Assembly (NCBI GenBank): GCA_963719515.1
Contig: CAVRCJ010000005.1
Location: forward strand, 160,001 to 224,000
Direction of reading: 5' to 3'
From: an uncultured cyanobacterium
GTDB lineage: Bacteria > Cyanobacteriota > Cyanobacteriia > CAKZMO01
DNA: 64,000 bases
Under the pieces are notes generated by a model. It had not been told where the DNA came from, did no database searches, and saw nothing but the letters and a program-made list of their open reading frames with translations. Below, one piece after another: positions 17,060 through 28,511 of this stretch. The position numbers were made by a program, and so were the translations under genes. Each line of letters begins with the position of its first letter. The first letter of the stretch is position 1.

Positions 17060-18424
17060 CTCCGACCATAGCTGAAAGCTTGGTTGGTGGTGTAGCGAAA
17101 CGCGAGCAAAGCGAGCAATCTACAATAGATTATAGTATATTGTAGACATACTAAACATGACGTGGGAATTTAAGCTAAAGCCGAGCGCCGAGCAGGTTGC
17201 GGAGATTGAGCATACATTGTCTGTGTGCCGCAGTGTCTGGAACTTTGCGCTACGTGAGCGCAAAGACTGGTTGGATTCCCGCAACTCACCCATCAACGCC
17301 TGCTCACTGCGAGGAGAGTACATTCTCTCAGCAGACGAACCGTTCCCTGGCTACCACGTTCAGGCAAAGCGACTTACCGCTGCCAAAAAAGAGTTTCCAC
17401 TCTTTTTGGCAGTTAACGCTCAAATGCTGCAGCAGGTGCTGAGGAAGCTGGACATTGCCTGGGAGGCGTGGCGGCTGAAGCGAGCCGGGTTGCCCCGGTT
17501 CAAGAAGTCTAGCCGGATGCGGAGTTTTGTTTTCCCGCAGATGCTCAAGAACTGCATCAGCGCTGATGGAATCAAACTGCCACAGCTGGGCTGGGTTGGA
17601 GTTCGTTGGTCTCGTCAGATACCGTAGCCTGTTCGCCGTCAAGCAAGCCCGAATTGTCCGCAAAGCGTCGGGCTACTTTGTCATGCTGTCGCTAGAGGCT
17701 GATGTAGACATCCCTGATGTTCCCTTTCACGGCCACCCGGTCGGAATCGATGTGGGCCTTGAATACTTCCTCTCGACTTCTGATGGCGAGCAGGTCAAGC
17801 GACCCCGCTTTTTCGACGAGCTGCACCGCAAGCTGAAATCGCTGCAGCGTAGACTCAAGACTAAGCGCAAGGGGAGCAACAACTGGCTGAAGCTGCAAAA
17901 GAAGATATCGAGAGTGCATCAGCGCATCGCCGACACCCGCAAGGACTGGCACTACAAGCTAGCTCATCATCTGTGTGATGGCGCAGGCGCTGTGTTTGTC
18001 GAAGACCTCGACTTCCGCATCATGGCGAAAGGGATGCTGGGCAAACACATCCTTGACGCTGGCCTGGGGCAGTTCACCAATCAGGTGTTGCCCTGGGTGT
18101 GCTGGAAGCGTGATGTCTACTACGGCAAGGTGGACCCAAAGGGCACCTCTCAGGAGTGCCCAGACTGCGGCGCTGAGGTCCGCAAAGGTCTGAGCACCCG
18201 AATATCGCACTGCCGCTCTTGCGGTTCACTCAAGCCGCGAGATGTGGCAGCGGCACAAGTGATTAGTACCCGTGGGCAACGGGGAATAGAAAATGCCTGT
18301 GGAGTCGAGGCGGCGGGGGCTGGGGTAACTCAGTCTAGCTGGCTGGCAGCGAAGCAGGAACTCTTTGGGGTAACCCAGGGAATCTCCCTGCATACCCGAT
18401 AGGGTTGCTGGGAGAGGATGTCAA
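17060..18424 (+). mobile_element. IS200/IS605-family tnpB-only element (left boundary approximate)
   Basis: Left hairpin CCGACCATAGCTGAAAGCTTGGTTGG; right end ...GGGAGAGGATGTCAA ending at 18424; no tnpA. Confidence 0.75.
17157..18402 (+). pseudogene. tnpB: RNA-guided endonuclease TnpB, frameshift/stop near 17625 (real or sequencing error)
   Basis: HTH/PRFK in 17157-17627; RuvC GIDVG, VEDL, zinc finger CPDCG..CRSCG and PRDVAAA in 17527-18402. Confidence 0.85.
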
Positions 18425-18592
18425 TCCAACAGTGTGAATAATGCTGATGAGTTCCGCATCTGCCTGGACGCAGACCTGCCTTGGTCTACATCTGCGGAAT
18501 GGGCTCCATGGTCTGATAGACTTGGCGATGGAGTGGGGTTTATTAAATCTTGCTTAAAAAGCCGTATCAATGAGTTTGGGAGGGCAGAACCC

Positions 18593-19639
18593 GTGGAGAG
18601 TACGCTTGGGTTAGAGATTATTGAGGTCGTCGAGCAAGCCGCGATCGCCTCTGCGCGTTGGATGGGTAAAGGCGAAAAGGACACCGCAGATGAAGTAGCG
18701 GTGGAAGCGATGCGCGAGCGCATGAACAAGATCTACATGCGGGGCCGCATTGTGATCGGAGAGGGCGAGCGCGACGATGCTCCCATGCTCTACATCGGTG
18801 AAGAAGTGGGCATTTGCACCCGCGAAGACGCCGCTGAGTACTGCAACCCCGATGAGCTAATTGAAATTGACATCGCGGTAGATCCCTGCGAAGGCACCAA
18901 CCTGGTGGCTTACGGTCAAGAGGGCTCCATGGCGGTGCTGGCCATCTCTGAAAAGGGCGGCCTGTTTGCAGCTCCCGACTTCTACATGAAGAAGCTCGCG
19001 GCTCCTCCGGCAGCTCGCGGCAAAGTAGACATCAATAAGTCGGCCACCGAGAACCTAAAGATCATCGCTGAGTGCCTCGAGCGCCCCGTTGAAGAGCTAG
19101 TGGTCGTAGTGATGAAGCGCGAGCGCCACAACGACTTAATCAAAGAGATCCGTGATGCGGGTGCGCGGGTGCGCCTGATCTCTGATGGTGACGTCTCTGC
19201 AGGGCTGTGCTGCGCTTTTGAAGGGAGCAACATCCATGCGCTGATGGGTATTGGCGCTGCCCCTGAGGGTGTGATCACGGCGGCGGCAATGGAATGCCTA
19301 GGCGGTCACTTCCAGGGACAGCTGATCTATGATCCGGCGGTTGTGAAGACGGGCTTGATTGGCGAGAGCAAAGAGAGCAACCTAGAGCGCCTGCGGAGCA
19401 TGGGAATCACCGACCCGGATCGGACCTACAACGCTAACGAGCTCGCTTCGGGCGAGAACCTGCTGTTTGCGGCCTGCGGCATCACCCCCGGCACGCTGAT
19501 GGAGGGCGTTCGCTTCTTCAACGGCGGCGCGCGTACCCAGAGCCTGGTGATCTCTAACCAGTCCAAGACGGCTCGCTTCGTCGACACCATTCACAACATG
19601 AAGGGCGGCGACAACAAGCGGGCGCTACAGCTGCGGTAG
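18593..19639 (+). CDS. glpX: Fructose-1,6-/sedoheptulose-1,7-bisphosphatase (class II)
   Basis: GTG start after [24 protein letters not shown] and GAAPEGV. Confidence 0.95.
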   Translation: MESTLGLEIIEVVEQAAIASARWMGKGEKDTADEVAVEAMRERMNKIYMRGRIVIGEGERDDAPMLYIGEEVGICTREDAAEYCNPDELIEIDIAVDPCEGTNLVAYGQEGSMAVLAISEKGGLFAAPDFYMKKLAAPPAARGKVDINKSATENLKIIAECLERPVEELVVVVMKRERHNDLIKEIRDAGARVRLISDGDVSAGLCCAFEGSNIHALMGIGAAPEGVITAAAMECLGGHFQGQLIYDPAVVKTGLIGESKESNLERLRSMGITDPDRTYNANELASGENLLFAACGITPGTLMEGVRFFNGGARTQSLVISNQSKTARFVDTIHNMKGGDNKRALQLR

Positions 19640-19682
19640 GCGATCGCCGCGACGGTCTCAAAACCGATAGCAAAGTTAATTC

Positions 19683-19721
19683 AATGCTTTAGCGAGAGCG
19701 ATCTTGCTGAAGCATTTTTTT
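19683..19721 (+). terminator. Rho-independent terminator after glpX
   Basis: AATGCTTTAGCGAGA-GCGA-TCTTGCTGAAGCATT followed by a T run. Confidence 0.7.
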
Positions 19722-20007
19722 GTCAGATTGCTTGCCGTGGCGGGCGGCACAGAGAACAGTTTTGTCTGCGCTACGCCACCGCGATACGAAAATTCATGTC
19801 ATTTCCCGCTGAAGATTCCGGCAAGTTGATACACTTTTGTCTGACCTGAAGCCGATTTAATACGCTGCATATCGCAAATGGCCTAGCTCGCTGGGACATT
19901 CTCACCCCTCGTCGCCGACAAGACTCAAGGCTTTACGTCAAGAGGGTTATCTTGAAAGACCGGGGCAAAGAAACAAATTTTGGTGCGTTAAAAAACTGGA
20001 AGGAAGT

Positions 20008-21294
20008 ATGAATATCATCGTCGTGGGTCTGAGCCACAAAACAGCACCGGTAGATGTAAGGGAGAAGCTGAGCATCCCCGCTGAGCAGCTTGAAGCCGCG
20101 ATCGCTCAGCTGACAAGCTACCCTCATATCGACGAGATTGCGGTGCTGAGCACCTGCAACCGCCTAGAGCTTTACGCCGTGATTCAAGACACAGAGTACG
20201 GCATTCAGGAGATCATCCAGTTTTTGTCTGAGCACAGCACTCTACCGGCGTCACGGCTGCGGCCCTACTTGTTCACCCTGCTGCATCACGACGCCGTCAT
20301 GCACCTGATGCGGGTGGCGGCAGGGCTCGACAGCCTGGTGCTGGGCGAAGGCCAAATTCTCTCCCAGGTTAAGCAAACCCACAAGCTCGGACAGCAGTAC
20401 AGCGGCATTGGCCGGACGCTAAATAAGCTATTCAAGCAGGCCATCACGGCTGGAAAGCGGGTGCGGACCGAGACCAACATCGGCACGGGGGCAGTGTCTA
20501 TCAGCTCAGCAGCGGTTGAGCTGGCCTTGGTCCACACCCAAGGGTTGTCGCGGCAGCGCATTGGCATTATCGGCGCGGGTAAAATGGCTCGCCTGCTGGT
20601 GCAGCATCTGCTCTCAAAAGGGGCCAGCGATATCACGATCATCAACCGCTCGATGCGGGGCGCTGAGTCTTTGGCAAAGCAGTTTGACGCTAGCCTCTCG
20701 CTTTGCACCCTAGCTGACATGGACCAAAGGCTGCCCCAGTGCGAGCTGATTTTCACCAGTACAGCGGCCACCCAACCTCTGCTGAACCGCGCTAAGCTGG
20801 AAGCTCTGCTGGCTCCTGAGCAGCCGCTAATGCTGGTAGATATCTCTGTGCCCCGCAACGTCGATGGTGATGTGGTGGGCATGCATCACGTGCGGTCTTT
20901 CAACGTCGACGATCTCAAAGCCGTGGTGGCCCAAAACCAGGAAAGCCGCCGCCTGATCGCGATGGAAGCTGAGCAGCTTTTGGAAGAAGAAGTCGATGCT
21001 TTTGAGGCCTGGTGGCGATCGCTGGAGACGGTGCCCACCATCAGCAGCTTGCGTAACAAAGTCGAAACTATTCGCGAACAGGAATTAGAAAAGGCGCTCT
21101 CCCGGTTGGGAAGTGAGTTTGCTGAAAAGCATCAGGAGATTATCGAAGCGCTGACCCGGGGGATCGTCAATAAGATTTTGCACGACCCCATGGTGCAGCT
21201 GCGTGCCCAGCAGGATATCGAAGCCCGTCGCCACGCCATGCAAACCCTAGAAACCTTGTTCAATCTAGAGACCCCCGGCGAGCGCTACATCTAA
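20008..21294 (+). CDS. hemA: Glutamyl-tRNA reductase
   Basis: [25 protein letters not shown] and DISVPRN. Confidence 0.97.
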   Translation: MNIIVVGLSHKTAPVDVREKLSIPAEQLEAAIAQLTSYPHIDEIAVLSTCNRLELYAVIQDTEYGIQEIIQFLSEHSTLPASRLRPYLFTLLHHDAVMHLMRVAAGLDSLVLGEGQILSQVKQTHKLGQQYSGIGRTLNKLFKQAITAGKRVRTETNIGTGAVSISSAAVELALVHTQGLSRQRIGIIGAGKMARLLVQHLLSKGASDITIINRSMRGAESLAKQFDASLSLCTLADMDQRLPQCELIFTSTAATQPLLNRAKLEALLAPEQPLMLVDISVPRNVDGDVVGMHHVRSFNVDDLKAVVAQNQESRRLIAMEAEQLLEEEVDAFEAWWRSLETVPTISSLRNKVETIREQELEKALSRLGSEFAEKHQEIIEALTRGIVNKILHDPMVQLRAQQDIEARRHAMQTLETLFNLETPGERYI

Positions 21295-21335
21295 ATCCCA
21301 ATACCCAAGCCGCCTCGCTTTAAGGAATCGGCCCC

Positions 21336-24300
21336 GTGAGTTTAGCCCCGCCCCGCCCTGCCCCCCGCATCCGGAAGCGCAACGCCGCTTCACTTTGGCA
21401 AAGAACCTGGCCCATGGCGGCAATAGTTCTTATTGGGCTAGGGCTTGTCCTCTTCAACGCCCTTCTGGCCGAGAGCTTCTGGTTTGCAGAAGTAGGATAT
21501 TTCTCGGTGTTGGGGGTCCGGGTGCTGGCTCAAGGTCTGTTGGGTCTAGTTCCTTTTTTGCTCAGCATTGGGTTTGTCCAGTTTAATCTCGCACGCGCGG
21601 CGGCTCAACGATGGCCTGTGGTCGCCCCGTCGCCGGCACTTTCACTACCCTCACAGCTCGTTCCGCCGCTGAAGTCGGCCAGCAGCGAGATGGTATGTGA
21701 AATCAAATATCCGGGGCGGCTGCGGCTGGGATGGCTGCTGCTAGTCGCCATCGGGCTGGCAACCCTAGTGGCGGCGCTGCTGATTTACCATGGCCAAGTC
21801 GCCATTGGCCAGTGGCAGTCTGCCCTCAGCCTAGAGAGCACGCTCACGCCAGTTCCCGTTAAGTTTCGCTTTCGGGCGCTGTGGCGGGTGGTTCAGCTGC
21901 TGCAGGCGTCGCCCTGGCAGCTAGGGGCGCTGCCCCCGCTCGTTATTGCCATTTTGATCTACCCGCTCACCCTGCTGCGGGGCGTCGCGGCAGCCATGAG
22001 CCTGGTGTTCGGCGTCGTGATGGTAGAGCATTGGACCGAGGTAATGCTGGCGTTCAGCTCGACGGATTTTGGGCAAGTCGACCCTATCTTCGGAAGAGAC
22101 ATTGGCTTTTACGTCATGCTGCTGCCGGTGGGGGAGCTGCTCACGTTTTGGCTGGTGGGCTTGTTTTTACTGGTGTGGGTTTCGGTAGCGCTGGTATATT
22201 TGCTGTCGGGCAATAGCATCAGCCAGGGGCAGTTTCCTGGGTTTGCCAGCCCGCAGATTCGCCACCTCTATCGCCTGGGCAGTGCCACTATGGGGGCGAT
22301 CGCCCTCAGCTACTGGGTAGATCGCTACGAGCTGCTGTACTCCGCCACGGGCGTAATCTATGGCGCGAGCTACACCAACGTCACGGTGGAGCTACCGCTA
22401 TACACTGGGCTCAGCATAGGAGCGTTGGCGATCGCCGTCCTGCTGCTGCTGCGATCGTCGTCGCTGCCTCAGCTACCGCTGCGCAAACCGCTGGTCGATC
22501 GGGGAACCGCCCTTACTCGCGAACGACGTCTGTCTTGGCCCTTGGTAACAGCGGTAGTTGTCTACTTTGGGGTGGTGACGGTGGGCGGGGTAGTGCTGCC
22601 TGCGGTAGTGCAGCGGCTGGTGGTGCAGCCCAACGAATTAGACCGCGAAGGTCCGTTCATTGAGTACACTATTGCCTCAACCCGCCGCGCCTTCGCCTTG
22701 GACGACATCGACGTGGAGGTGTTCAACCCCCAAAGCACCCTCACCTACCAGGAACTGCTCAACAACAGCCTCACGGTAAATAATATTCGCCTGTGGGATA
22801 CCCGACCGCTGCTCGAAACTAACCGGCAGCTGCAGCGCATCCGGCTTTATTACGAGTTTGCCGATGCCGACATCGATCGCTACACGCTGACAGGCGAGAA
22901 CGGCAGCGAACGGCGGCAGGTTTTGATTGCCGCCCGAGAGCTGGACTACAACTCGGTGCCAGACGAGGCCAAAACCTGGGTCAACCAGCATCTCATCTAC
23001 ACCCACGGCTACGGCTTCACCATGAGCCCGGTGAACACCGCCGGGGAGAGCGGCCTCCCGCAGTATTTCATTCGCGGCATTGAACATATCCCCAGCAGCG
23101 AAACCATCCGCCAGAGCATTCCCGTCGCCGACCCGCGCATTTACTACGGGGAGCTGACGAATACCTATGTGCTCACCCAAACCAATCTGGAAGAGCTAGA
23201 CTACCCCAGCGGCAGCGAAAACGTCTACAACACCTACGATGGCGACGGCGGCATCTCCATCGGCAACTACTGGCAGCGGCTGGTGTACGCGGTGTACCTG
23301 CGGGACTGGCGGCTGCTGTTCACGGAGAACGTCACCCCAAAGACCAATCTGCTGTTTCGCCGCAACATCCGCGATCGCGTCCAGACCATTGCCCCCTTCC
23401 TGCGCTACGACAGCGATCCGTATTTGGTGGTGGCCGATCCCGATACCCCGCTTAGACCCGAACTAGAGCATCGCGGCACCAGTGACCCGAGCTACCTCTA
23501 TTGGGTGATCGACGCCTACACCGTCAGCAATCACTTCCCCTACGCGGCCCCCCTGAACAACGACTTTAACTACATTCGTAATTCAGTAAAAGTGGTGGTC
23601 GATGCCTATCACGGCACCGTCGCCTTCTACATCGCGGATCCCACAGACCCCATTATCCAGACTTGGAGCCGCGTCTTTCCAGGCATGTTCCATGCCCTAG
23701 AGGAGATGCCCGAAGCGCTGTTCCGCCACATTCGCTACCCGGAAGACTACTACCGGGTGCAGGCTCAGCAGCTGATGACTTACCACATGACCGACCCCCG
23801 CGTGTTCTACAACCGGGAGGACGAGTGGCGGGCCCCGACAGAAATCTACGCCAACGAACAGCAGCGAGTAGAGCCCTACTACCTGCTGATGGAGCTACCC
23901 GGCGACAACCAGGGGGAGTTTCTCCTCTTTCGCCCCTACACCCCTAGCCAACGGCGCAACCTGATTGCCTGGCTCGCAGCCCTCTCTGACGGCGATCGCT
24001 ACGGGCGGCAGGTGCTCTATACCTTCCCCAAGCAGGAGCTGGTGTTTGGCCCTGAGCAAATTGAGGCCCGCATTAACCAAGACCCGGTGATCTCCCAGCA
24101 GATTTCCCTATGGGACCGCCAGGGATCGCGGGCCATCCAGGGTAACCTGCTGGTAATTCCCATCGAGCAGTCGCTGCTGTATGTGGAGCCTCTCTATCTA
24201 GAAGCGGAGCAAAATCAGCTGCCCACGCTGGTCAGGGTGATTGCGGCGTACCAAAACCGCATCGCCATGGCCCCCACCCTGGACGCAGCCCTCAGAGCAG

Positions 24301-24455
24301 TGTTTGATGCGCCAGAGCCCTCCGAGGAAGAGACAATCGTGCGCTCGGTGAACGATGCTCCCCCAGATGCAGACAGTCCCCCGGCTACCCCAAACGATCT
24401 CACGGAGGAGACGGGAAGTGACGCGATCGCCGCGCCGGAAGCGGCGTCACCGTAG
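21336..24455 (+). CDS. UPF0182 family membrane protein
   Basis: DPIFGRDIGFY, YTHGYG, PRIYYGE, NYIRNSVK and LLYVEPLY. Confidence 0.9.
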   Translation: MSLAPPRPAPRIRKRNAASLWQRTWPMAAIVLIGLGLVLFNALLAESFWFAEVGYFSVLGVRVLAQGLLGLVPFLLSIGFVQFNLARAAAQRWPVVAPSPALSLPSQLVPPLKSASSEMVCEIKYPGRLRLGWLLLVAIGLATLVAALLIYHGQVAIGQWQSALSLESTLTPVPVKFRFRALWRVVQLLQASPWQLGALPPLVIAILIYPLTLLRGVAAAMSLVFGVVMVEHWTEVMLAFSSTDFGQVDPIFGRDIGFYVMLLPVGELLTFWLVGLFLLVWVSVALVYLLSGNSISQGQFPGFASPQIRHLYRLGSATMGAIALSYWVDRYELLYSATGVIYGASYTNVTVELPLYTGLSIGALAIAVLLLLRSSSLPQLPLRKPLVDRGTALTRERRLSWPLVTAVVVYFGVVTVGGVVLPAVVQRLVVQPNELDREGPFIEYTIASTRRAFALDDIDVEVFNPQSTLTYQELLNNSLTVNNIRLWDTRPLLETNRQLQRIRLYYEFADADIDRYTLTGENGSERRQVLIAARELDYNSVPDEAKTWVNQHLIYTHGYGFTMSPVNTAGESGLPQYFIRGIEHIPSSETIRQSIPVADPRIYYGELTNTYVLTQTNLEELDYPSGSENVYNTYDGDGGISIGNYWQRLVYAVYLRDWRLLFTENVTPKTNLLFRRNIRDRVQTIAPFLRYDSDPYLVVADPDTPLRPELEHRGTSDPSYLYWVIDAYTVSNHFPYAAPLNNDFNYIRNSVKVVVDAYHGTVAFYIADPTDPIIQTWSRVFPGMFHALEEMPEALFRHIRYPEDYYRVQAQQLMTYHMTDPRVFYNREDEWRAPTEIYANEQQRVEPYYLLMELPGDNQGEFLLFRPYTPSQRRNLIAWLAALSDGDRYGRQVLYTFPKQELVFGPEQIEARINQDPVISQQISLWDRQGSRAIQGNLLVIPIEQSLLYVEPLYLEAEQNQLPTLVRVIAAYQNRIAMAPTLDAALRAVFDAPEPSEEETIVRSVNDAPPDADSPPATPNDLTEETGSDAIAAPEAASP

Positions 24456-24487
24456 CGGCTGGCATTTGGCTTCAGCGGCCTCTCCTT

Positions 24488-25408
24488 CTACAGCCGATGG
24501 TGGCGGAACACCTCGCTTGCCGCCCGATGCAGCAGCGAATGCCGGTACGCCAGCGCCTCAAAATCCTTTGAATAGCCGCCGCCAATGACGCAGGCCACGG
24601 GACGTCCCGCCGCCGCGCAGGTGCCGAGAACCTGCATATCCCGCCTGAAGAGACCCGCATCCGTCAGCGCCAGCTTACCTAGGCGATCGCCAATGTGAAC
24701 ATCTACCCCCGCGTCGTAGATCACCAGATCAGGCTGCACCTGGGCCAGCAAATCGGGCAGGTGTGCCGCCAGACTCTGCAGATAGGCGTCATCTTCTAGC
24801 CCCTCGGGCAGAGGCACATCACAGTCGCTGCGCTGCTTGCGGCTAGGAAAATTCACCTCGCAGTGCATCGAAAAGGTAAACACGCTGGCGTCGTCTTTGA
24901 AAATGTGGGCAGTGCCGTCCCCCTGATGCACATCCAAATCGACAATCAAGATCCGCTGGGCTAGGCCTAAGTGCTGCATAACCCGGGCGGCGATCGCCAG
25001 GTCGTTGAAGATGCAAAATCCAGAGCCATAGTCGGCGTAGGCGTGGTGGGTGCCCCCCACCGTGTTGCAGGCTAGTCCGTGCTCCAGCGCTAGCTTCGCT
25101 GTCAAAATGGTGCCCCCCACGGCCAATTTTGTTCGGGTCACCAGCTCGGGTGACCAGGGGAGGCCGATGCGCCGCTGCGCTTTGGGCGGCAGCGTCCCCT
25201 GGCAATAGTCGTGAATATAGCTCGCCCTATGCACCAGCTGTAGCCAATCTGTGGAAGGCTCGTCAGGGCTATACACCTGGTGAGAGTCTGCTACCCCTTG
25301 CTTCAGCAGCAGGCGATAGAGCAGCCCGAACTTAGGCATTGGAAAGCGGTGGCCTAGGGGCAGAGGAGCTACGTAATGAGGATGATGAACGATAGGAAGA
25401 TTCAGCAT
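24488..25408 (-). CDS. Histone deacetylase family protein
   Basis: HRFPMPKF, GGTHHA, GFCIFND, DLDVHQGDGT and GGGY. Confidence 0.92.
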   Translation of the reverse strand: MLNLPIVHHPHYVAPLPLGHRFPMPKFGLLYRLLLKQGVADSHQVYSPDEPSTDWLQLVHRASYIHDYCQGTLPPKAQRRIGLPWSPELVTRTKLAVGGTILTAKLALEHGLACNTVGGTHHAYADYGSGFCIFNDLAIAARVMQHLGLAQRILIVDLDVHQGDGTAHIFKDDASVFTFSMHCEVNFPSRKQRSDCDVPLPEGLEDDAYLQSLAAHLPDLLAQVQPDLVIYDAGVDVHIGDRLGKLALTDAGLFRRDMQVLGTCAAAGRPVACVIGGGYSKDFEALAYRHSLLHRAASEVFRHHRL

Positions 25409-25696
25409 TGGGGCATTGGCTGTAGGGTGGGAGCCAAGTCGCCCCTCTAGATCATTGTATAAACTTTTATAAAATCGCCGTTTTGTGTTCGCCACTGCAG
25501 AAATTTTCAATATTATTTGAGCAGGAAGTAAGGACTTCCTCGGCACAGGCTTCAAGCAGCAGGAGCGCGGCGCTATAGCGGCCCAGGTTCAGCTCGCGCG
25601 CTGAGGCACGATCATCGCGTCACTTTTGAGAGTGCGCGCTTTACTTTTGGAGAAGCTCCTATAGAATTCGATCAGTCAGTTTTAAGGTGAGACGCG

Positions 25697-26935
25697 ATGG
25701 CAACTTGGCAGGTAGTATCGGGCGACATTACGGCACCCAAGGGATTTCGAGCAGCAGGAATCGCAGCAGGGCTCAAGCCCTCTGGAGCCAAAGACCTAGC
25801 GCTGATTGTCTCAGATGTGGACGCGATCGCCGCTGGGGTGTTTACCACCAATCAGGTGAGCGCCGCCTGTGTGGACTACTGCCGCCGACGGCTGGCCGCC
25901 AAGCCCAGCGCCCGCGCCATCCTCTGCAACGCGGGGCAGGCCAATGCGGCAACGGGGGAGGGGGGATGGCAGGACGCGAAAGAGAGCGCCCAGGTCGTGG
26001 GTGAGGCCTTGGGCATTTCTCCCGAGGCGGTGCTGCTGGCCTCTACGGGGGTCATCGGTCAGCGCATCCGCATGGCCCCCCTCAAGGCAGGCGTTCCCAC
26101 CGTTGTCGCGCAGCTTTCTGCCGGAGAAAACGAGGCCGCTCGCGCCATTATGACTACCGACCTATTGCCCAAAGTCATTGCCCTAGAGACCCTGATCGAC
26201 GGCCGGCCGGTGCGCATCGGTGGCATCTCCAAAGGCTCAGGCATGATTCACCCCAATATGGCCACCATGCTGGCCTTCGTCACCTGCGATGCGGCAGTTT
26301 CCCCGCCCCTGTGGCAGGAGATGCTGACCCGGGCCGCCAACCGAAGCTTTAACCAGGTCACCGTAGACGGTGACACCAGCACCAACGACAGCCTGATTGC
26401 CCTCGCCAACGGGGAATCTCGCACCCCCGCCATCACCGCTCCCGGTGCGGCAGCGGACCAGCTAGAGGCCATGCTCACTGAGGTATGCACCCACCTCGCC
26501 AAGGCGATCGCCCGCGATGGCGAAGGGGCCACCTGCTTGATTGAGGTGACGGCAACAGGGGCAGCCGACGACAAGCAGGCCCGCCAAATCGCCCGGACTG
26601 TAGCCGGGTCATCCCTGGTGAAGTCGGCTGTGTTTGGCCGCGACCCTAACTGGGGGCGAATTGCCGGAGCAGCAGGCCGAGCCGGGGTGCCGTTTGACCA
26701 AACTGATTTAGATATTTACCTGGGCGAGACGCAGCTGCTGCGAGAGGGACAGCCCCTATCTTTTGACCGGGCTGCGGCGTCGGCCTACCTGAAGCAGGCC
26801 GCAGAGGGGGCTTACCTTAAAGAGGATACGGTGGCGATCGCTTTGAAAGTCGGACATGGACAGGGTTCGGGGGTGGCCTGGGGCTGCGACCTTAGCTACG
26901 ACTATGTCAAGATCAATGCAGACTACACCACGTAG
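25697..26935 (+). CDS. argJ: Bifunctional ornithine acetyltransferase / N-acetylglutamate synthase
   Basis: KGSGMIHPNMATML, VDGDTSTND, DGEGAT and INADYTT. Confidence 0.97.
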   Translation: MATWQVVSGDITAPKGFRAAGIAAGLKPSGAKDLALIVSDVDAIAAGVFTTNQVSAACVDYCRRRLAAKPSARAILCNAGQANAATGEGGWQDAKESAQVVGEALGISPEAVLLASTGVIGQRIRMAPLKAGVPTVVAQLSAGENEAARAIMTTDLLPKVIALETLIDGRPVRIGGISKGSGMIHPNMATMLAFVTCDAAVSPPLWQEMLTRAANRSFNQVTVDGDTSTNDSLIALANGESRTPAITAPGAAADQLEAMLTEVCTHLAKAIARDGEGATCLIEVTATGAADDKQARQIARTVAGSSLVKSAVFGRDPNWGRIAGAAGRAGVPFDQTDLDIYLGETQLLREGQPLSFDRAAASAYLKQAAEGAYLKEDTVAIALKVGHGQGSGVAWGCDLSYDYVKINADYTT

Positions 26936-27041
26936 CGGAGCGTTCCATAGCCGTCAGTACTCCGAATTGCGCTCCGATGCCAGGTGCCGTCAGGACAGCG
27001 GGTACTGCTGCAGGACGTGACTCGCGTTTAATGGAGGCAAT

Positions 27042-28511
27042 ATGAGCGACCTTGTGTTGATGTCAGCGCATCAGCTGGCAGCTCTGATCCGCGATCGCCA
27101 AGCGTCAGCGGTGGAAGTTCTTGAGGCTTACCTCGTTCAAATCGCCGAGCGCAACCCCGCCCTCAACGCCATCTGCACCCTGGATGAAGCCGGAGCGCGG
27201 CAGCGAGCTGAGCAGGCGGACGAGGCCACCGCTCGGGGCGAAGTTTGGGGACCGCTGCACGGCGTCCCCATCACTATCAAAGATATTTTTGAAACCGCTG
27301 GTCTACGGACGACAGCGGGCTACATCCCCCTCAAAGACCATGTACCGTCTGAGGATGCCACTGCAGTAGCCCGGCTCCGGGCTGCAGGAGCTATCATCCT
27401 CGGTAAAACCAATATGGCGGAGCTGGCGGGAGACTACCAAAGCACCAACTCTCTGTTCCCTAGGGTCAACAACCCCTGGAACCTGGACTACACGGCGGGG
27501 GGAAGTTCTGGGGGCAGCGCCGCCGCCGTCGCTGCTGGCCTCTCGCCCTTAGACCTGGGCAACGACATCGCCGGTTCGGTTCGCCAACCGGCTCATTTTT
27601 GCGGCGTCTATGGCCTCAAGCCTACCGACCGCCGCGTGTCCACCGCCGGACAAATTCCAGAGGTGCCGGGAATGCCGACCTGTATCCGTCACCTCATTAC
27701 GGTCGGCTGCTTTGCGCGATCGCTCGAAGATATCCAGCTCTGCTTCTCCCTGATTGCGGGGGCAGACCGGCGTCGCGCCGATGTCCCCCCGGTGCCGCTA
27801 GACATCCCCTCTAACAGGTCGCTTCAGGAGATCAAAATCGCCTGGAGCAGCGAATGGCCTGAGGTGCCCGTCGCCCGCGACATCCTTAACGCTATGACCA
27901 CAGCGGCGGCGGCTTTAAGTGACGCTGGCGCTCAGCTTGAGGACTGGCGTCCCCAAAATTTCGACCTCTCGGCAACGCTAAACCTTTATACCAGGCTCGT
28001 GGCCTACCTGATGGTCTACGCCCAGCCGGTAAACCGCCACACCCTGCGGCGATCGCTCACTCAAATTTTTCGTACTGCAACCCAGGGAGACCGAGAGCTG
28101 CGGCAGCTGGGCAACTTTGCCGCAGTCCTGCCCGAGCTGCTGAATCCAGGACTGAAGGGATACTTTGAGGCGCTTACCGAGCGCGATCGCTTCATTACCG
28201 CAATGGAAGAGGCTCTAGACCCCTGGGACGTTTGGATTACGCCGGTTGCCGCTACGCCCGCCTTTACCCACCGCCCCGCCTGGAGCGCCATTGAAATTGA
28301 GGGACGACTATACCCGCATGTAGTTGCCAACGGTGCCTACGCGATGCCGTTTAACCTGAGCGGTCACCCGGCGGTGACGGTACCGATTGGACAGACTCCA
28401 GAGGGGTTACCCTTAGGCCTGCAGATCGTGGGCAAGCGCTGGCGAGAGCTGGAGCTGTTGGCGATCGCGAAGCATGTGCAGCGCGCCTGCCGCAAAACGC
28501 CATACACTTGA
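27042..28511 (+). CDS. Amidase signature family protein
   Basis: GVPITIKD, GGSSGGS and GSVRQPA; the stop codon lies within the adjacent IS end. Confidence 0.9.
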   Translation: MSDLVLMSAHQLAALIRDRQASAVEVLEAYLVQIAERNPALNAICTLDEAGARQRAEQADEATARGEVWGPLHGVPITIKDIFETAGLRTTAGYIPLKDHVPSEDATAVARLRAAGAIILGKTNMAELAGDYQSTNSLFPRVNNPWNLDYTAGGSSGGSAAAVAAGLSPLDLGNDIAGSVRQPAHFCGVYGLKPTDRRVSTAGQIPEVPGMPTCIRHLITVGCFARSLEDIQLCFSLIAGADRRRADVPPVPLDIPSNRSLQEIKIAWSSEWPEVPVARDILNAMTTAAAALSDAGAQLEDWRPQNFDLSATLNLYTRLVAYLMVYAQPVNRHTLRRSLTQIFRTATQGDRELRQLGNFAAVLPELLNPGLKGYFEALTERDRFITAMEEALDPWDVWITPVAATPAFTHRPAWSAIEIEGRLYPHVVANGAYAMPFNLSGHPAVTVPIGQTPEGLPLGLQIVGKRWRELELLAIAKHVQRACRKTPYT

